DNA of 64,000 bases from an uncultured Verrucomicrobiae bacterium (GTDB lineage: Bacteria > Verrucomicrobiota > Verrucomicrobiia > Chthoniobacterales > UBA10450): the NCBI GenBank assembly GCA_963815455.1, contig CAWFGO010000001.1:384001-448000 (forward strand). Reading direction: 5' to 3'. Below are positions 11,717 to 22,469 of this stretch, in pieces. Both the position numbers and the translations under genes were made by a program. The first letter of the stretch is position 1, and each line of letters starts with the position of its first letter. A model generated the notes under the pieces. It was not told where the DNA came from. It did not search any database and saw only the letters and a list, made by a program, of their open reading frames with translations.

Positions 11717-11860
11717 GGTGGATCGCGTCGCTCCGCCGCGCGATGCTAGTCTACTCGGCGCAGCCGCAAATTTAATTGGGAACTTCGCGAGCCAGCGCTA
11801 GGAAATAAATGCAGCTTCGCCGGTTGGATTAACATCGAGCGCGGAGCGGCTCGATCCACC
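11717..11860. repeat. long palindromic element (GGTGGATCG...CGATCCACC)
   Basis: Imperfect ~30 bp inverted arms around a ~85 bp spacer, between convergent genes. Confidence 0.65.
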
Positions 11861-11884
11861 GCGGCAATCGCCGCTACGACCTCG

Positions 11885-12090
11885 CTATCGGCGATCGGTC
11901 ATGCCGGCCAGATTGCCGCCCGATTCCCATTTTTCCGGCTTATTCCAGGGGACGGTTGACTCCTGCTTTTCGGCGGGGTCATCCACAAGTCGCTGCTCTT
12001 TCTGAGATGCGCAGGAAACGAAGGTGCCCGCAATTGCGAAGATCAAAACCGACGTAATTCTCCTGCGAAGCTTACGAATTGGTACCTGCA
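11885..12090 (-). CDS. small putative lipoprotein
   Basis: Basic residues, hydrophobic stretch, then FVSC lipobox-like site and PWNKPEKWE; start uncertain. Confidence 0.6.
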
Positions 12091-12875
12091 TAAATAACGG
12101 TGTCTCCGGGTTGCACCTGGACCCCACGAGCCAGGCTGCTGGTGATTATATCGCCGATGGCCGTGGCCGGTTCAACTGAAGAAATACGGATCTTGCCAAT
12201 GAGAGTGCCGTCGCGCAAAACGAGCATTTCCGAGTTCGGCTCGACCCCCTGCCGGCCGCCCAGATTCAACACCACGAAATTGTAAGCCTGATTTACCGCC
12301 AGGATGGTGCCGCGCACGCCCGGATTGCCCGCGGCAGCGGCTCGGCGTTTCTTCTCATCCTCAAGCTGGGTGACACGCTCCTGCGCGGCGCGCAATTTGT
12401 CGGACAAAAGAACCTTTTCGCTTTCTGCGCTTTCCACTGAACGCCGCAGCTCGTCGATTTGCGCTTCCACTTCGTTTGCCGATGGAGTGCCGGGGATTTC
12501 GCCGGCGGGTTTCCCGGTCGCTTCCTGGATGCTTTTTTGCAGGGAAACGATCTCGGCTTCGTTCGCGTCGAGCTTGGCCTGCAAATCGGCCTTTTCCTTT
12601 TGCGCCGCCACCAGATCGGCTTCGGCCTTGGCCGCTTTGCTCTCGGCTTCGGCCGCCTTGTTCATTGCTTCGGTCGCGGCGGCTTCGCGCGCCTTGATCT
12701 GTTTTTCTTCAGCGATCCGGCGTTGCACCTCCGCTTCATGCATCGCGGTAATGTTCGACACGTCCGCATGAAGCCGTTTCACCTTGAAGTTGTTCAAGAC
12801 ACCGAACACCCCGGCCAGGAGAATCATTGAGACGGAAATGGCGATTATCGTCTTGGGCGTTAACGCGAGAGTCAT
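12072..12875 (-). CDS. membrane-anchored coiled-coil protein with C-terminal beta domain
   Basis: N-terminal TM, Ala/Glu/Lys coiled coil, GTILAVNQAYNFVVLNLG...VQPGDTV. Confidence 0.75.
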   Translation of the reverse strand: MTLALTPKTIIAISVSMILLAGVFGVLNNFKVKRLHADVSNITAMHEAEVQRRIAEEKQIKAREAAATEAMNKAAEAESKAAKAEADLVAAQKEKADLQAKLDANEAEIVSLQKSIQEATGKPAGEIPGTPSANEVEAQIDELRRSVESAESEKVLLSDKLRAAQERVTQLEDEKKRRAAAAGNPGVRGTILAVNQAYNFVVLNLGGRQGVEPNSEMLVLRDGTLIGKIRISSVEPATAIGDIITSSLARGVQVQPGDTVIYAGTNS

Positions 12876-13021
12876 GGCATTTCAGGCAGCTTCGGAGTGG
12901 CCAGCAGTTGTAATCGGAAACGCCGCCAAATTGCAATTGCATTTAATTGTTTGAGATCGTTGCGCTCTTGAGTTCGAAATCACGTTGCGCCTTGCACTGT
13001 TCCCACCTATAGAAAGTGCCC

Positions 13022-13159
13022 ATGGGACAGCAGCATCGAGTTCGAGGCAAACGCAAGCGACGCAAAGCCTATCTCAAACGGAAGAAGCAGGCGCGTCGAT
13101 CGACTCGCCGCGAGCCCCCCAAACCGAAGGCGAAGAAGCAGGCGGCGGCGGCCGACTAA
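13022..13159 (+). CDS. small, highly basic 45 aa protein (not in the ORF track)
   Basis: ATG...TAA reads MGQQHRVRGKRKRRKAYLKRKKQARRSTRREPPKPKAKKQAAAAD; preceded by ttgcac...tataga promoter-like hexamers. Confidence 0.65.
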   Translation: MGQQHRVRGKRKRRKAYLKRKKQARRSTRREPPKPKAKKQAAAAD

Positions 13160-13201
13160 AGATTTTCGTCCGGATCGCGGTCATTCCGGTAGGTCTTCCG
13201 A

Positions 13202-13615
13202 ATGCCGAAACGCGCCCGCTATTTGGTTGTCGATGGACACAGCATCATTTTTGCGTGGCCGGAGCTGCGCAAACTGCATCAACGCCGATCCTCACTCGCG
13301 CGTGAAGCGCTGACCAAGCGGCTGCGCGATTACCAGGATTGGACAGGCGTGCGGACCGTCCTCGTCTTCGACGGAAGAGGCTCCAAAACCAGCGTAATAT
13401 CCGATCCGAGCGAGGTTCAGATCTTTTACTCACGCCGCGGCCAACCGGCCGACGCGATCATTGAGCGGCTCGCAAGCAAATACGCGACGCAATTTGGTTT
13501 GATCGTCGCCACAGGCGATTCGCTGGTGAGGGAAACGGCGAATGCATGCGGCGCGGAGACGATTTCGCCCGAAATGTTGCGCGAAGTTCTGGCCGACGCG
13601 CGCACAACGGGGTGA
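13202..13615 (+). CDS. NYN domain ribonuclease (YacP/Rae1-like)
   Basis: LVVDGHS, LVFDG, ADAIIERL and VATGD PIN-fold acidic motifs. Confidence 0.85.
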   Translation: MPKRARYLVVDGHSIIFAWPELRKLHQRRSSLAREALTKRLRDYQDWTGVRTVLVFDGRGSKTSVISDPSEVQIFYSRRGQPADAIIERLASKYATQFGLIVATGDSLVRETANACGAETISPEMLREVLADARTTG

Positions 13616-13617
13616 GA

Positions 13618-14081
13618 TCAGGCAGCGCCAGCCAGGGCCGGTTCAGGCCGCTGATTCAACGGCTCCATTCGCGCGCGGAGCTGGCAGGTCGTCAGCACCC
13701 GGGCGAGGACGCAATAGAGCTGCTCGATGGGGAGATTCTTGCTCACGTAACCATTTGCTCCAGCCCGCAGAGCGGCATGCATTTGATCTTCGTCATAACC
13801 CGCCCCGTGAAAACGACGATCGGCAGCCCCGGATTACTTTCCCGGATAAAGGTGATGAGCGAAATGCCGTCCACTTTCGGCATCTTAAGATCGACAACCG
13901 CCACTTCGCAGTCGTGCTGCGAGAGCCAGTTAGCGGTCTGAAATCCGTCGGTAAGCGCCTCACAGGAGTGACCCTTTTGACGCAGATAGGTGACGAGGAA
14001 CCCGGCGATGGAGGGATCATCATCGATGATAAGAAACTGGGCGAAATCGCGAGTTAGTGGCTTCATCTTTATAATTTCCAT
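13618..14081 (-). CDS. single-domain response regulator (frameshift near 13800)
   Basis: LIIDDD...VVDLKMPKVDG...VVFTG, continuing as AALRAGANGYVSK in another frame. Confidence 0.8.
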
Positions 14082-14185
14082 AATCCCTATAGCACTAACC
14101 TTGCCATCCCGCTCCGAAGCTCTCGAATTCGAAATCAAACGGCGGCAGGCGGCTCCGCCCGGAACCATCACAGAGGGCAGCGTTG

Positions 14186-15200
14186 TTAAAGCCCGAGCTT
14201 CTTTTCGATCGCCTTCACCCGCTCGAAAAACTCGCCCAGCTTGCGGACCCAGGCGATCTGTTGCTTTGCATCGCGAAGCGGAACCGTGGGGGTGGCCCAC
14301 CAAATCCCGCCGTTGAGACTCTTGGAGACTCCGCTTTGGGCGCCGATCATCGTGCCATCGCCAATTTCGATGTGGCCAATGATGCCGGCCTGCCCGCCGA
14401 TCATCACTCCCCGCCCGATCCGGACACTGCCGGCCACGCCGACTTGCGCGGCCACAACCGAGTTTTTCCCGATAACGACGTTGTGGGCAATCTGGACGAG
14501 ATTGTCGATCTTGGCTCCCTCTTGAATCCACGTCCGCCCAAAACGCGCCCGGTCGATGGTCGTATTCGCGCCGATCTCGACGTCATCGTCGATTTGGACA
14601 ATGCCAATCTGCGGCACCTTCTTTTGCTGGCCTTTCTCCACCTCAAAACCGAAGCCGTCGGCTCCGATCACAGCCCCGCTGTGAATGATGACACGAGCGC
14701 CGATGCGAGTGCGTTCGCGAATCGTGACGCGTGGATAAATCAGACACTCCGCCCCGATCGTGGTCTCGTGGCCAATGTATGCTCCCGCCCCGATCACCGT
14801 GCGGTCGCCGACACTGCACCCCCGGCTCGATGACCGCGTATGGCTGGATGGAAACGCGATCTCCCAGTTTGGCGCCGGGATCGACAACGGCGGTGGGATG
14901 AATCCCGGCGGCCAACTTGATCGGCTTCGGAGCGAACTTAAGCACGACTTGCTCGAAAGCTTTGGTGGGATTAGCGACGCGAATTTGTGAGGCGACGATT
15001 TTTTCCTCGAAATCAGCCGGAACGAACGCCGCCGAGGCACGAGTGTTGCGAAACGCGGCGAGATAGCGCGGATTTCCGTAAAACGTGATTTCTCCGGTGG
15101 TTGCCTCGGCCAGGGAAGCCGCCCCGTCGATTTTTTGGGCGGGATCGCCGGCTAACTCGCCGCCGGACATCTTCGCCAGTTCCTGAAGGGTGAAAGTCAC
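14186..15200 (-). CDS. lpxD: UDP-3-O-acyl-glucosamine N-acyltransferase (frameshift near 14820)
   Basis: Hexapeptide repeats; [29 protein letters not shown]. Confidence 0.93.
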
Positions 15201-15208
15201 AATAGTGC

Positions 15209-15301
15209 GTCATTCCGAGCGTAGCGAAGCGGAGTCGAGGAATCCCGCGTTCTCAGCTTAAGGGTTGCATCGCGGGATCCTTCGACTTGGCTCAGGATGA
15301 C
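15209..15301. repeat. GTCAT...ATGAC palindromic repeat (CGTC-type REP-like)
   Basis: gtcattccgagcg...tcgaggaatcccgcg / cgcgggatccttcgac...ctcaggatgac. Confidence 0.75.
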
Positions 15302-15324
15302 CGCGGAGGGCGCGACATCGGAGA

Positions 15325-16293
15325 TCATTTTTTCACACTGGCCCGGACAACATCGAGCTGACCGGCCGAACCGAGCTTCTCGTTCTTGTGAGCAATGAAA
15401 TTCGCGTATTCCTCGACAAAGGTTTTTCCCGGGGGCCGGAAATCAAATTGCTCGGGATGATCGCGAAAGAATTCGCGATGGACCCGTGTCCAGACGAGCC
15501 GCCCATCGGTGTCGATGTTCACCTTGGTCACGCCCAGTTTTGCGGCGGGCAAATATTCCTCCTCATTCACGCCGCGGGCGGATGGATCGAGCTTGCCGCC
15601 GGCAGCGTTGATCCGCTCCACTTCCGATTTCGGAACGCTGGACGATCCATGCATGACGATGGGTGTGGGGGGCAACCCTGCTTGTTTTATCTTGTCGCGG
15701 ATACCCTCGATAACGTTGAAATGCAGCGATTGCTGGCCCTTGAACTTGTAGGCGCCGTGACTGGTCCCAATGGCCGCAGCAAGGGAATCGCATTTTGTTT
15801 GCTTGATGAACTCGACCGCCTCATCCGGATTGGTCAAACAGGCGTGACCTTCATCGACCTTGATGTCCTCTTCCACGCCGCCGAGCCTGCCCAGCTCCGC
15901 TTCCACGCTGATTCCCTTGGCGTGGGCTTTTTCGACGACGCGCTTGGTGATGGCTACGTTCTCCTCGAAAGCCTCGTGGCTGGCATCGATCATGACCGAA
16001 CTGTAAAAACCCGACGCGATGCAATCGTAGCACGCCTCTTCGTCGCCATGATCGAGATGCACGGCAAAGATCGCTTCGGGAAACATCCCTTCCGCGGTTC
16101 GAATAATCGCCTCGAGCATGCGCTTGTCGGCATACTTTCGCGCGCCTTTGGAGAGTTGGATGATGAAAGGCGCCTTGCTTTGCACAGCGCCGCGGAACAA
16201 GCCCAGGCATTGTTCCATGTTATTAATGTTATAGGCGCCAACGGCGAATTTGCCGTAGGCAACTTTGTAGAGTTGAGCAGTAGTGACAATCAT
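15325..16293 (-). CDS. fba: fructose-bisphosphate aldolase class II
   Basis: GAYNINN, VHLDHG, SVMIDAS, VEAELG, GTSHGAYK, VMHGSS, KVNIDTD. Confidence 0.95.
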   Translation of the reverse strand: MIVTTAQLYKVAYGKFAVGAYNINNMEQCLGLFRGAVQSKAPFIIQLSKGARKYADKRMLEAIIRTAEGMFPEAIFAVHLDHGDEEACYDCIASGFYSSVMIDASHEAFEENVAITKRVVEKAHAKGISVEAELGRLGGVEEDIKVDEGHACLTNPDEAVEFIKQTKCDSLAAAIGTSHGAYKFKGQQSLHFNVIEGIRDKIKQAGLPPTPIVMHGSSSVPKSEVERINAAGGKLDPSARGVNEEEYLPAAKLGVTKVNIDTDGRLVWTRVHREFFRDHPEQFDFRPPGKTFVEEYANFIAHKNEKLGSAGQLDVVRASVKK

Positions 16294-16384
16294 AGGCTTG
16301 GAAGAGGTGAATCTTTCGCGCCAAAGTCGCGAGTAGGAGAACGAATCTAGCGGCGAAATCGAAAATCGAAAATCGAAAATCAGA

Positions 16385-18403
16385 TCAGTGCCCGTTCGAT
16401 TTCGTTGGCAGCATGATGCTCACCAACGTGCCGTGAGAGGTCGAATCGATATCCACCCTGCCGTTGTGATCGAAAATGGTGCGCTTGACGATGGGCAGGC
16501 CAAGTCCCATTCCGCGCGTTTTGGTTGTGCAAAAGGGGGAGAAAATTTTTTCCTTTAATTCGGGCGCGATTCCTTTGCCGTTGTCGCGAACCGTCACCAC
16601 AACGCCGGTAGAACGTTTCCCGTGACGAACAGATTTTGCCGAAAGCGTGATGCGCGCTTTGGTTTGACCCGAGAGCGCCTCGGCCGCGTTGGCCACCAGA
16701 TGCGCAAAAACTTCCGCCAAAGCCGTCTCGTCACCGAGCACTTTGGGAAGATCGCCCGGCAGCGATGTCTCCACCGAGACGTCGCCGTTCATATGGAACC
16801 GCTCCCGCGCGATCTCGACCCCTTTTTGCAGCGGGCGGCGGACATCGATCGACTTGAAGATGAGATCCGGCGGATGGGCAAAGTTATCGATTTGCGCGAT
16901 GATGTTGTCGAGGCGATCGACCTCCTTGACCACGATTTCGTTGAATTCCTTTCGAAAATCGGCGTCGTCGAAACGCTCGGGCAGAAGTTGGGCGAAAGTC
17001 TTGATGGCGACGAGCGGATTGCGAATTTCGTGCGACATACTGGCCGCCAGATCGGTCCAAAATGCGGCCCGATCGACCAACGATTGTTTCTCGCGCACAC
17101 TTTGTTCGGCTGTCAGATCGTTTACGATTGCGACAACGCCAAGCGATGTGCCATTGTCGCCGAGTCGGCGTGTTTCCACCGAAACCGACCGCCGGGTGGC
17201 ACCGTCCATCCATTGCTGCGACAGAATCGGGGCGTTGGATTCAAGCGCTTCACGAACGATGCCGGCTAGTCTGCCCCCGGCAGTTTCAACCGGTTTGTTC
17301 AGGACAGTCGCCTTGGAAATACCGAGGATTTGTTCGGCCGTGGGATTGAACCACCGGATAATTCCATCCACGTCGGTGGCCACGATGCCCGGCGGGATCG
17401 CTTCCAGCAGCGTTTCGGCCAGAGTTTTTTGCAGCGCCGCCTCCTCGTAAAGCAAGGCATTTTCCAAGACGGTCGACACATGCTCGGCCAGCATCATCAG
17501 GCCTTCGAGATCGTGGGTATCGAAATTCTCGCCGGTCACGCGATGGCCGAAAAACATCCAGCCTCGGACTCGTTCCGGGTTGCGCAGGTAGAGGGGCACG
17601 ATCACTTCCGCGCCAAACGAATCGAGAGCGCGCCGCATCACCGCGCGCTCTTTGGGATCGGCTGTTTGCGCGAGGTTGACCCGAGAAATCAAATGGGCAT
17701 GCCGTTCGAACCAGCGTGCAAGCCCATCGCGCTCTCCAAACTCCAATTCGTGGGTTTCCGGAAAACAGCGGAGTCCGGCCAGGAGCCGGTAACGATTGCT
17801 CTGGCGAGTCTTGAGAAAATCCCCACCCGGGTTACGCCAGCGGCATCCGCGACGCCTTCTATGACGCTGGCAAGGAGCGCTTCAACATTTTCGAATCGAC
17901 GAAACACGCGGGGGAACCGCAATAGGGAAAGGCTCGCAGGTGCGACCGAACGACCGGCAACAATTTCGACGGGACGCGGCCGGCATCGGAATAGCTGGAG
18001 CAATCGTCGATCTTTCCCGAAGATCGCGATTCTCCTGCAATACTTGGAGATGATCGAACGCACGCGCGGCCAACGCCTGAAACGGACGACGTTCCAGTTC
18101 CAGATCCTCAGCCGCGTAAATCCCCGATTGCTCGGCCTCCCGCAGCGGATCCGAACGGGCCGCGCCGAGCGCAATGATCAAGACCTCCGGCGACTCACGT
18201 TGAATCTGCTCGATCAGATCGCGGCAATCCCTGGCGCGCAGATCGACAAAGAGCAGGGCCGGCCCTGCCTGCTGCAAAACCGCATCCAGCCGATCGGCAT
18301 TCGCCACGTGACGCACCTGGGACATCGCCCGCAAAAACGCCTTGATTCGCCGAACGAGGTCGGGGTCCTGAGTATATAAAACGCAAATCGGCGGGGACAT
18401 CAT
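16385..18403 (-). CDS. cytoplasmic histidine kinase: degenerate REC, GAF, PAS, HisKA, HATPase (frameshifts 17750-17990)
   Basis: SHEIRNPL H-box, DNGKG and GMGLGL G-boxes; PAS FNPTAEQILG; REC-like N-terminus lacking the acidic DD pocket. Confidence 0.85.
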
Positions 18404-20909
18404 GCCGCCGCCACCTCTCGATCAAACCGGACCAGCGGAAACAGAATGTGAAACGCTGTCCCCTTTTGCAGTTCGCTTTCCACCTCAACCTGGCCTCCAT
18501 GTTCCTGAATGATCCCATGCACCACAGACAATCCCAGCCCGGTGCCGTAATCTTTCGTGGTAAAAAATGGATCGAACACGTGCGGGATATCCTCGCTGCG
18601 AATTCCTTCGCCGTTGTCGCGAATGGAAATCCGCAGAGGCCTCGAAGCCTTCGCCATTGGACTGGCTCATGGCGGGCGTCCAGACCTCGCCCGTCCGGAT
18701 TTCCGTGCGCACACTCAGTTCGCCGCCGCTTTTCATCGCATCCATCGCGTTAATAAAGAAATTCAGAAACACCTGCTCCAATTGGTCCGGATCGGCCCGT
18801 ATTGTATCAACATTTGCGTCCCAAGAGCGAGTTAATTTGATCGATTTTTGGTGTAATCGATGCCCCACGAGCTTGAGGGATTTTTCGAGGATCTCGTGCA
18901 CATGCATCGGTTTGAGCACCGGCTTGGTGGGCCGGGCGAACCGAAGCAGCTGGTTCACCAGCGAATCGATCCGGTCGATCTCATGCCCGATCAGATTCGA
19001 AAACGTTTCCCGAAAATCCGAATCCTGGTAACGCTCGGGCAGTAATTGGGCGAAAGTCTTGATCGAGACCAGCGGGTTCTTGATCTCGTGCGCCATGCCG
19101 GCGGAGAGGGTGCCGAGACTGGCCAGCCGGTCGCTTCTTCGAATCTGTAATTCGAGCCTCTTGAGTGAAGTAATGTCCGTCAGCACCATCAACGCGCCGA
19201 GGATCTTGTCGATCTTGTCCATGGAAAATGGAAGTGCTGGCCCGGACCACCACGCCGTCGTTTCCGGATTGCAGGACCAGCTCGCTATTTACCTGGCTTT
19301 CGTCGTCAACCAATGTCTTGCGCAACGGACCACGCAGCGCCTCCGGCAGCTCGTTGAGTGAGCGGTCGATCATGTCCTGCGAATTAAGTCCGGTGATCTG
19401 TCCCGCTTCGTTGTTAAAAACAGTGATTCGTTCGTCTGTTCCTACCGCAATCACGCCGCTGGTCAGATGTTCCAGCAGCGTTTCGTTGTAAATCTTTGCG
19501 TTCTGCACTTCCGTAAACAGCTCCGCATTTTCCAGCGCCACAGCGAGCTGGCCACACAAAACCTGCAATGCATTCTGCTCCACCATGCCGTAAGCGCGTC
19601 CCGATTTTCGCGCTCCCAGCAGCATCACACCCGCCAGTTGGTCGCGAGCAAAAATCCCCATCGCCAGGCCGATCTGGAGAGAATCTAGCTGCCGCATCAC
19701 AAGCTGGAGCTGCGGGGTGGGTCGCACCCGGTGTAGTTCTTCCAACACGATCGGCTCCCGATCCAACAGAAGTTGGGCGATGGTCGCCTGGTCGCGCGTC
19801 AGCTCCAGATGCTCACGCACTCCTGCGTCGGCAAAGGGATATTGCTGGGAAAATCCATGTCGATCCGGCAGAAGAATGAACACGCGATCGGTGCCAACCG
19901 CATCGGCCACCGTTTTGGCAAATCGATCGAGCAAATCCCGCAGGGTCGTGACCGAACTCAATATCTTGGCCGCTTTGCTGACCGTTGCCCGGAAATCGAG
20001 CCGGTGCGAGCTAATAAAGAGCCGTTCGGCCAGGCGCTGGGAAACGCCGCGGGCCGGGGCCATGGCGATGGCAATCACGATTGCCGCCGCCACATGCGCA
20101 ATTGACCGGGCATTGCCGAACGAATGCAGAGCCGCCACCACCAGCCACCAAACCACTGCGTAAAGCGCCAGAAGATACACCGCGAGCAGCCCGTAAGAGA
20201 ATAACCGCCGCAGGAGGACGCCGACATCCATGATTTTTCGCGTAGCTATGCCGTAGGCGATGATCAGGCCAAAGAGGACAATTCGAAAGGGCGCGAACTG
20301 GGCTATTTCTGAACGATCGATAAACAGGCCCAGGGCGAAGGACAAGAGAGTCGTTCCGATCACGACACCAACGCCAATTAAGATAAATGCGAGTTCCGCC
20401 CGCCTGCCTGCCGTGGCCTTGCTCAAATCGCGGGCATAGAGAGACACGACGGCTATCCCGGCCAGAGCAATGTACGCGAAATAGAGAATGGATTGCTTGC
20501 CATACATCGGCACCACCGCTCCCGTCGCGGGCGACAGGTCGACTCCTTTGAGAAAGAATTTGGTTTGGCAGAACGCAATCATTAGACCTAATGCGAACAA
20601 CCAGGCCCATGATCTCCGAACGATCTCGCCCCAGGATTGGTCGCCATGTTTTACGGACAGTCGAAGAAAATTGAAGAACGTAAGGACCACGGCGCCCATA
20701 ACGGAGGCCTGCCGGATGTAAAACGCCGCGAGTTCGACCGTAGTGGCCTGGAATGTCAGGCAGAGGCTGCCCAGCCATCCGTCGATGGCAATAGATAGAA
20801 GCAGAAAACACTGATTTGGTTTGCGCCTGGGGTTTGCATAAAACACCGCGAGGCCCAGGCCAAGCTGGATAACGATCGCGATGATAATTGATAGGACAGG
20901 GCTTTTCAT
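18400..20909 (-). CDS. multi-TM (about 7-9 helices) GAF-PAS sensor histidine kinase (frameshifts near 19225 and 18640)
   Basis: Hydrophobic N-terminal ~300 aa; LQVLCGQLAVALENAEL GAF end; AHEIKNPL; DPFFTTK..GTGLGL. Confidence 0.88.
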
Positions 20910-22150
20910 TCGCCTTGCACGCGAGTGACAACCATCGAACTGGCGCTTCCGCCCAGGCCACGGACATTGATCACGATGCAATTCACCCGGGATCTTCGCG
21001 CCCGCTGCGGAACAAAATCCAAGTCGCACTTCGGATCGGCGAATTCATAATTCGCCGTCGGCGGCACCAAGTGGTCCCGGATCGCCAGTACAGACGCCGC
21101 AACCTGAAACGGTCCGCCGGCCGCCAGCGCGTTTCCCGTTATTCCCTTAATCGAGCTGACTGGAATCGAATACGCGCGCTCGCGAAACACCTGCTTAATC
21201 GTGTCTACTTCTACGGCATCCAGCACGGGGTGACCCGGTCCGTAGGCCGAGATGTAATCAACGTCTTCGATGGTTCGATGAGAATTTGCCAATGCCTGCT
21301 TCATTGATTGTTCCAAGCCCGAAGCCGGTCGGCTAGGATCGACATCGCGTTGCTTGCCGTAACCACCGATTTCCGCGTAAATGCGGACGCCGCGCGCTCG
21401 GGCGCGTTCCAGATTCTCAATCACAAAAATTCCCGCGCCTTCCGAGATGACGCCGGAATCCCGGTCCAAATCGAAAGGCCTGTTCGCCTTTTCCGGTTCG
21501 CCATTCCGGCGCGAGCTCAGCCCGCTGCTGGTGAAAGAAGCCATCGAGAGCGGCGTAATCGGAGCATCCGTGCCGCCGGCGATCGCGACCTCAACCCGGC
21601 CCTGGCGGATCATCTCTGCTGCGTCAGCGACCGCATCCAGGCCTGAGGGACATGCCGAGGAGATCGTCGCCGCATGCGCGCAAGCCCCGAGCCGGTCGGC
21701 TATTACGTTTGCAGCTCCCTGGGGCAGAGACGCGGAGCAAGTGGTTGCCGGCGCACGATCCGGTCCGTGTTCGCTTACGATGTGAAGAGCGCGCTCCAGT
21801 ACATCCATCGAATTCATGCTCACCCCGACAATCACCGGCGTCGGACTCGGCAACTCAAGATTCTCGATATCCAGCGCCGCATCGTCGAGCGCCAGCATCG
21901 TCGCCGCAAATGCCAGCTGCGTATGCCTTGCCATTCGCTTCGGCTTCAGCTCAGGAGCAATGTAATCCAGCGGGTCGAAATTTTTCACTTCGCCAGCGAT
22001 CCGGCTCTTGAAATCGGTCGCGTCGAACAAGGTGATCGGGCCGATGCCGCTGCGGCCGGCGAGAATCGATTCCCAAAATGCCTCAATCCCAATCCCGTTC
22101 GGGGCCACGATTCCCATACCGGTAATGACGGCTCGATTGCGCGTACTCAT
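20906..22150 (-). CDS. FabF-like beta-ketoacyl synthase with non-canonical active site (C167, Y303, N340)
   Basis: AVITGMG, GRSGIGPITLFD, SSACPSG, RPFD..R.SGVISEGAG; YISAYG replaces INAHG and ITGNAL replaces MTGHLL. Confidence 0.9.
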   Translation of the reverse strand: MSTRNRAVITGMGIVAPNGIGIEAFWESILAGRSGIGPITLFDATDFKSRIAGEVKNFDPLDYIAPELKPKRMARHTQLAFAATMLALDDAALDIENLELPSPTPVIVGVSMNSMDVLERALHIVSEHGPDRAPATTCSASLPQGAANVIADRLGACAHAATISSACPSGLDAVADAAEMIRQGRVEVAIAGGTDAPITPLSMASFTSSGLSSRRNGEPEKANRPFDLDRDSGVISEGAGIFVIENLERARARGVRIYAEIGGYGKQRDVDPSRPASGLEQSMKQALANSHRTIEDVDYISAYGPGHPVLDAVEVDTIKQVFRERAYSIPVSSIKGITGNALAAGGPFQVAASVLAIRDHLVPPTANYEFADPKCDLDFVPQRARRSRVNCIVINVRGLGGSASSMVVTRVQGE

Positions 22151-22469
22151 GATGTCGATCCAAAAAAGACGCGCGAAAGACCAGATGCCAAATCAGCTTT
22201 CAGAAGAGATTCTAAGAAACGAGTCTCCTTGCCAAATGGCTTCGAGTCACCGCGCATTCTAGACGCTACATTAAATCCAGTCATTATACGTTTCGTCCTA
22301 TTTCAAGCCTGTTTTATCCAACCAAATCTGCCACTTATTCACAAATCGCAGCTTGCGCGCCAATCAAAACCAATTCAGCTTCCCGCCGCATAGATTATGG
22401 CTCCTGAGGCTTTTGTCACCTACCTCCTTCCGCGGCACGCTGTTAGCTTCTACCCCCGCTGCTACCCTC

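Noticed and set aside
4701..15200. Frameshifts in pilB, the second ATPase, glmS and lpxD as pseudogenes or programmed frameshifts
   Set aside because: Indels occur throughout the window, including in essential genes, with conserved sequence on both sides. This is typical of sequencing error.
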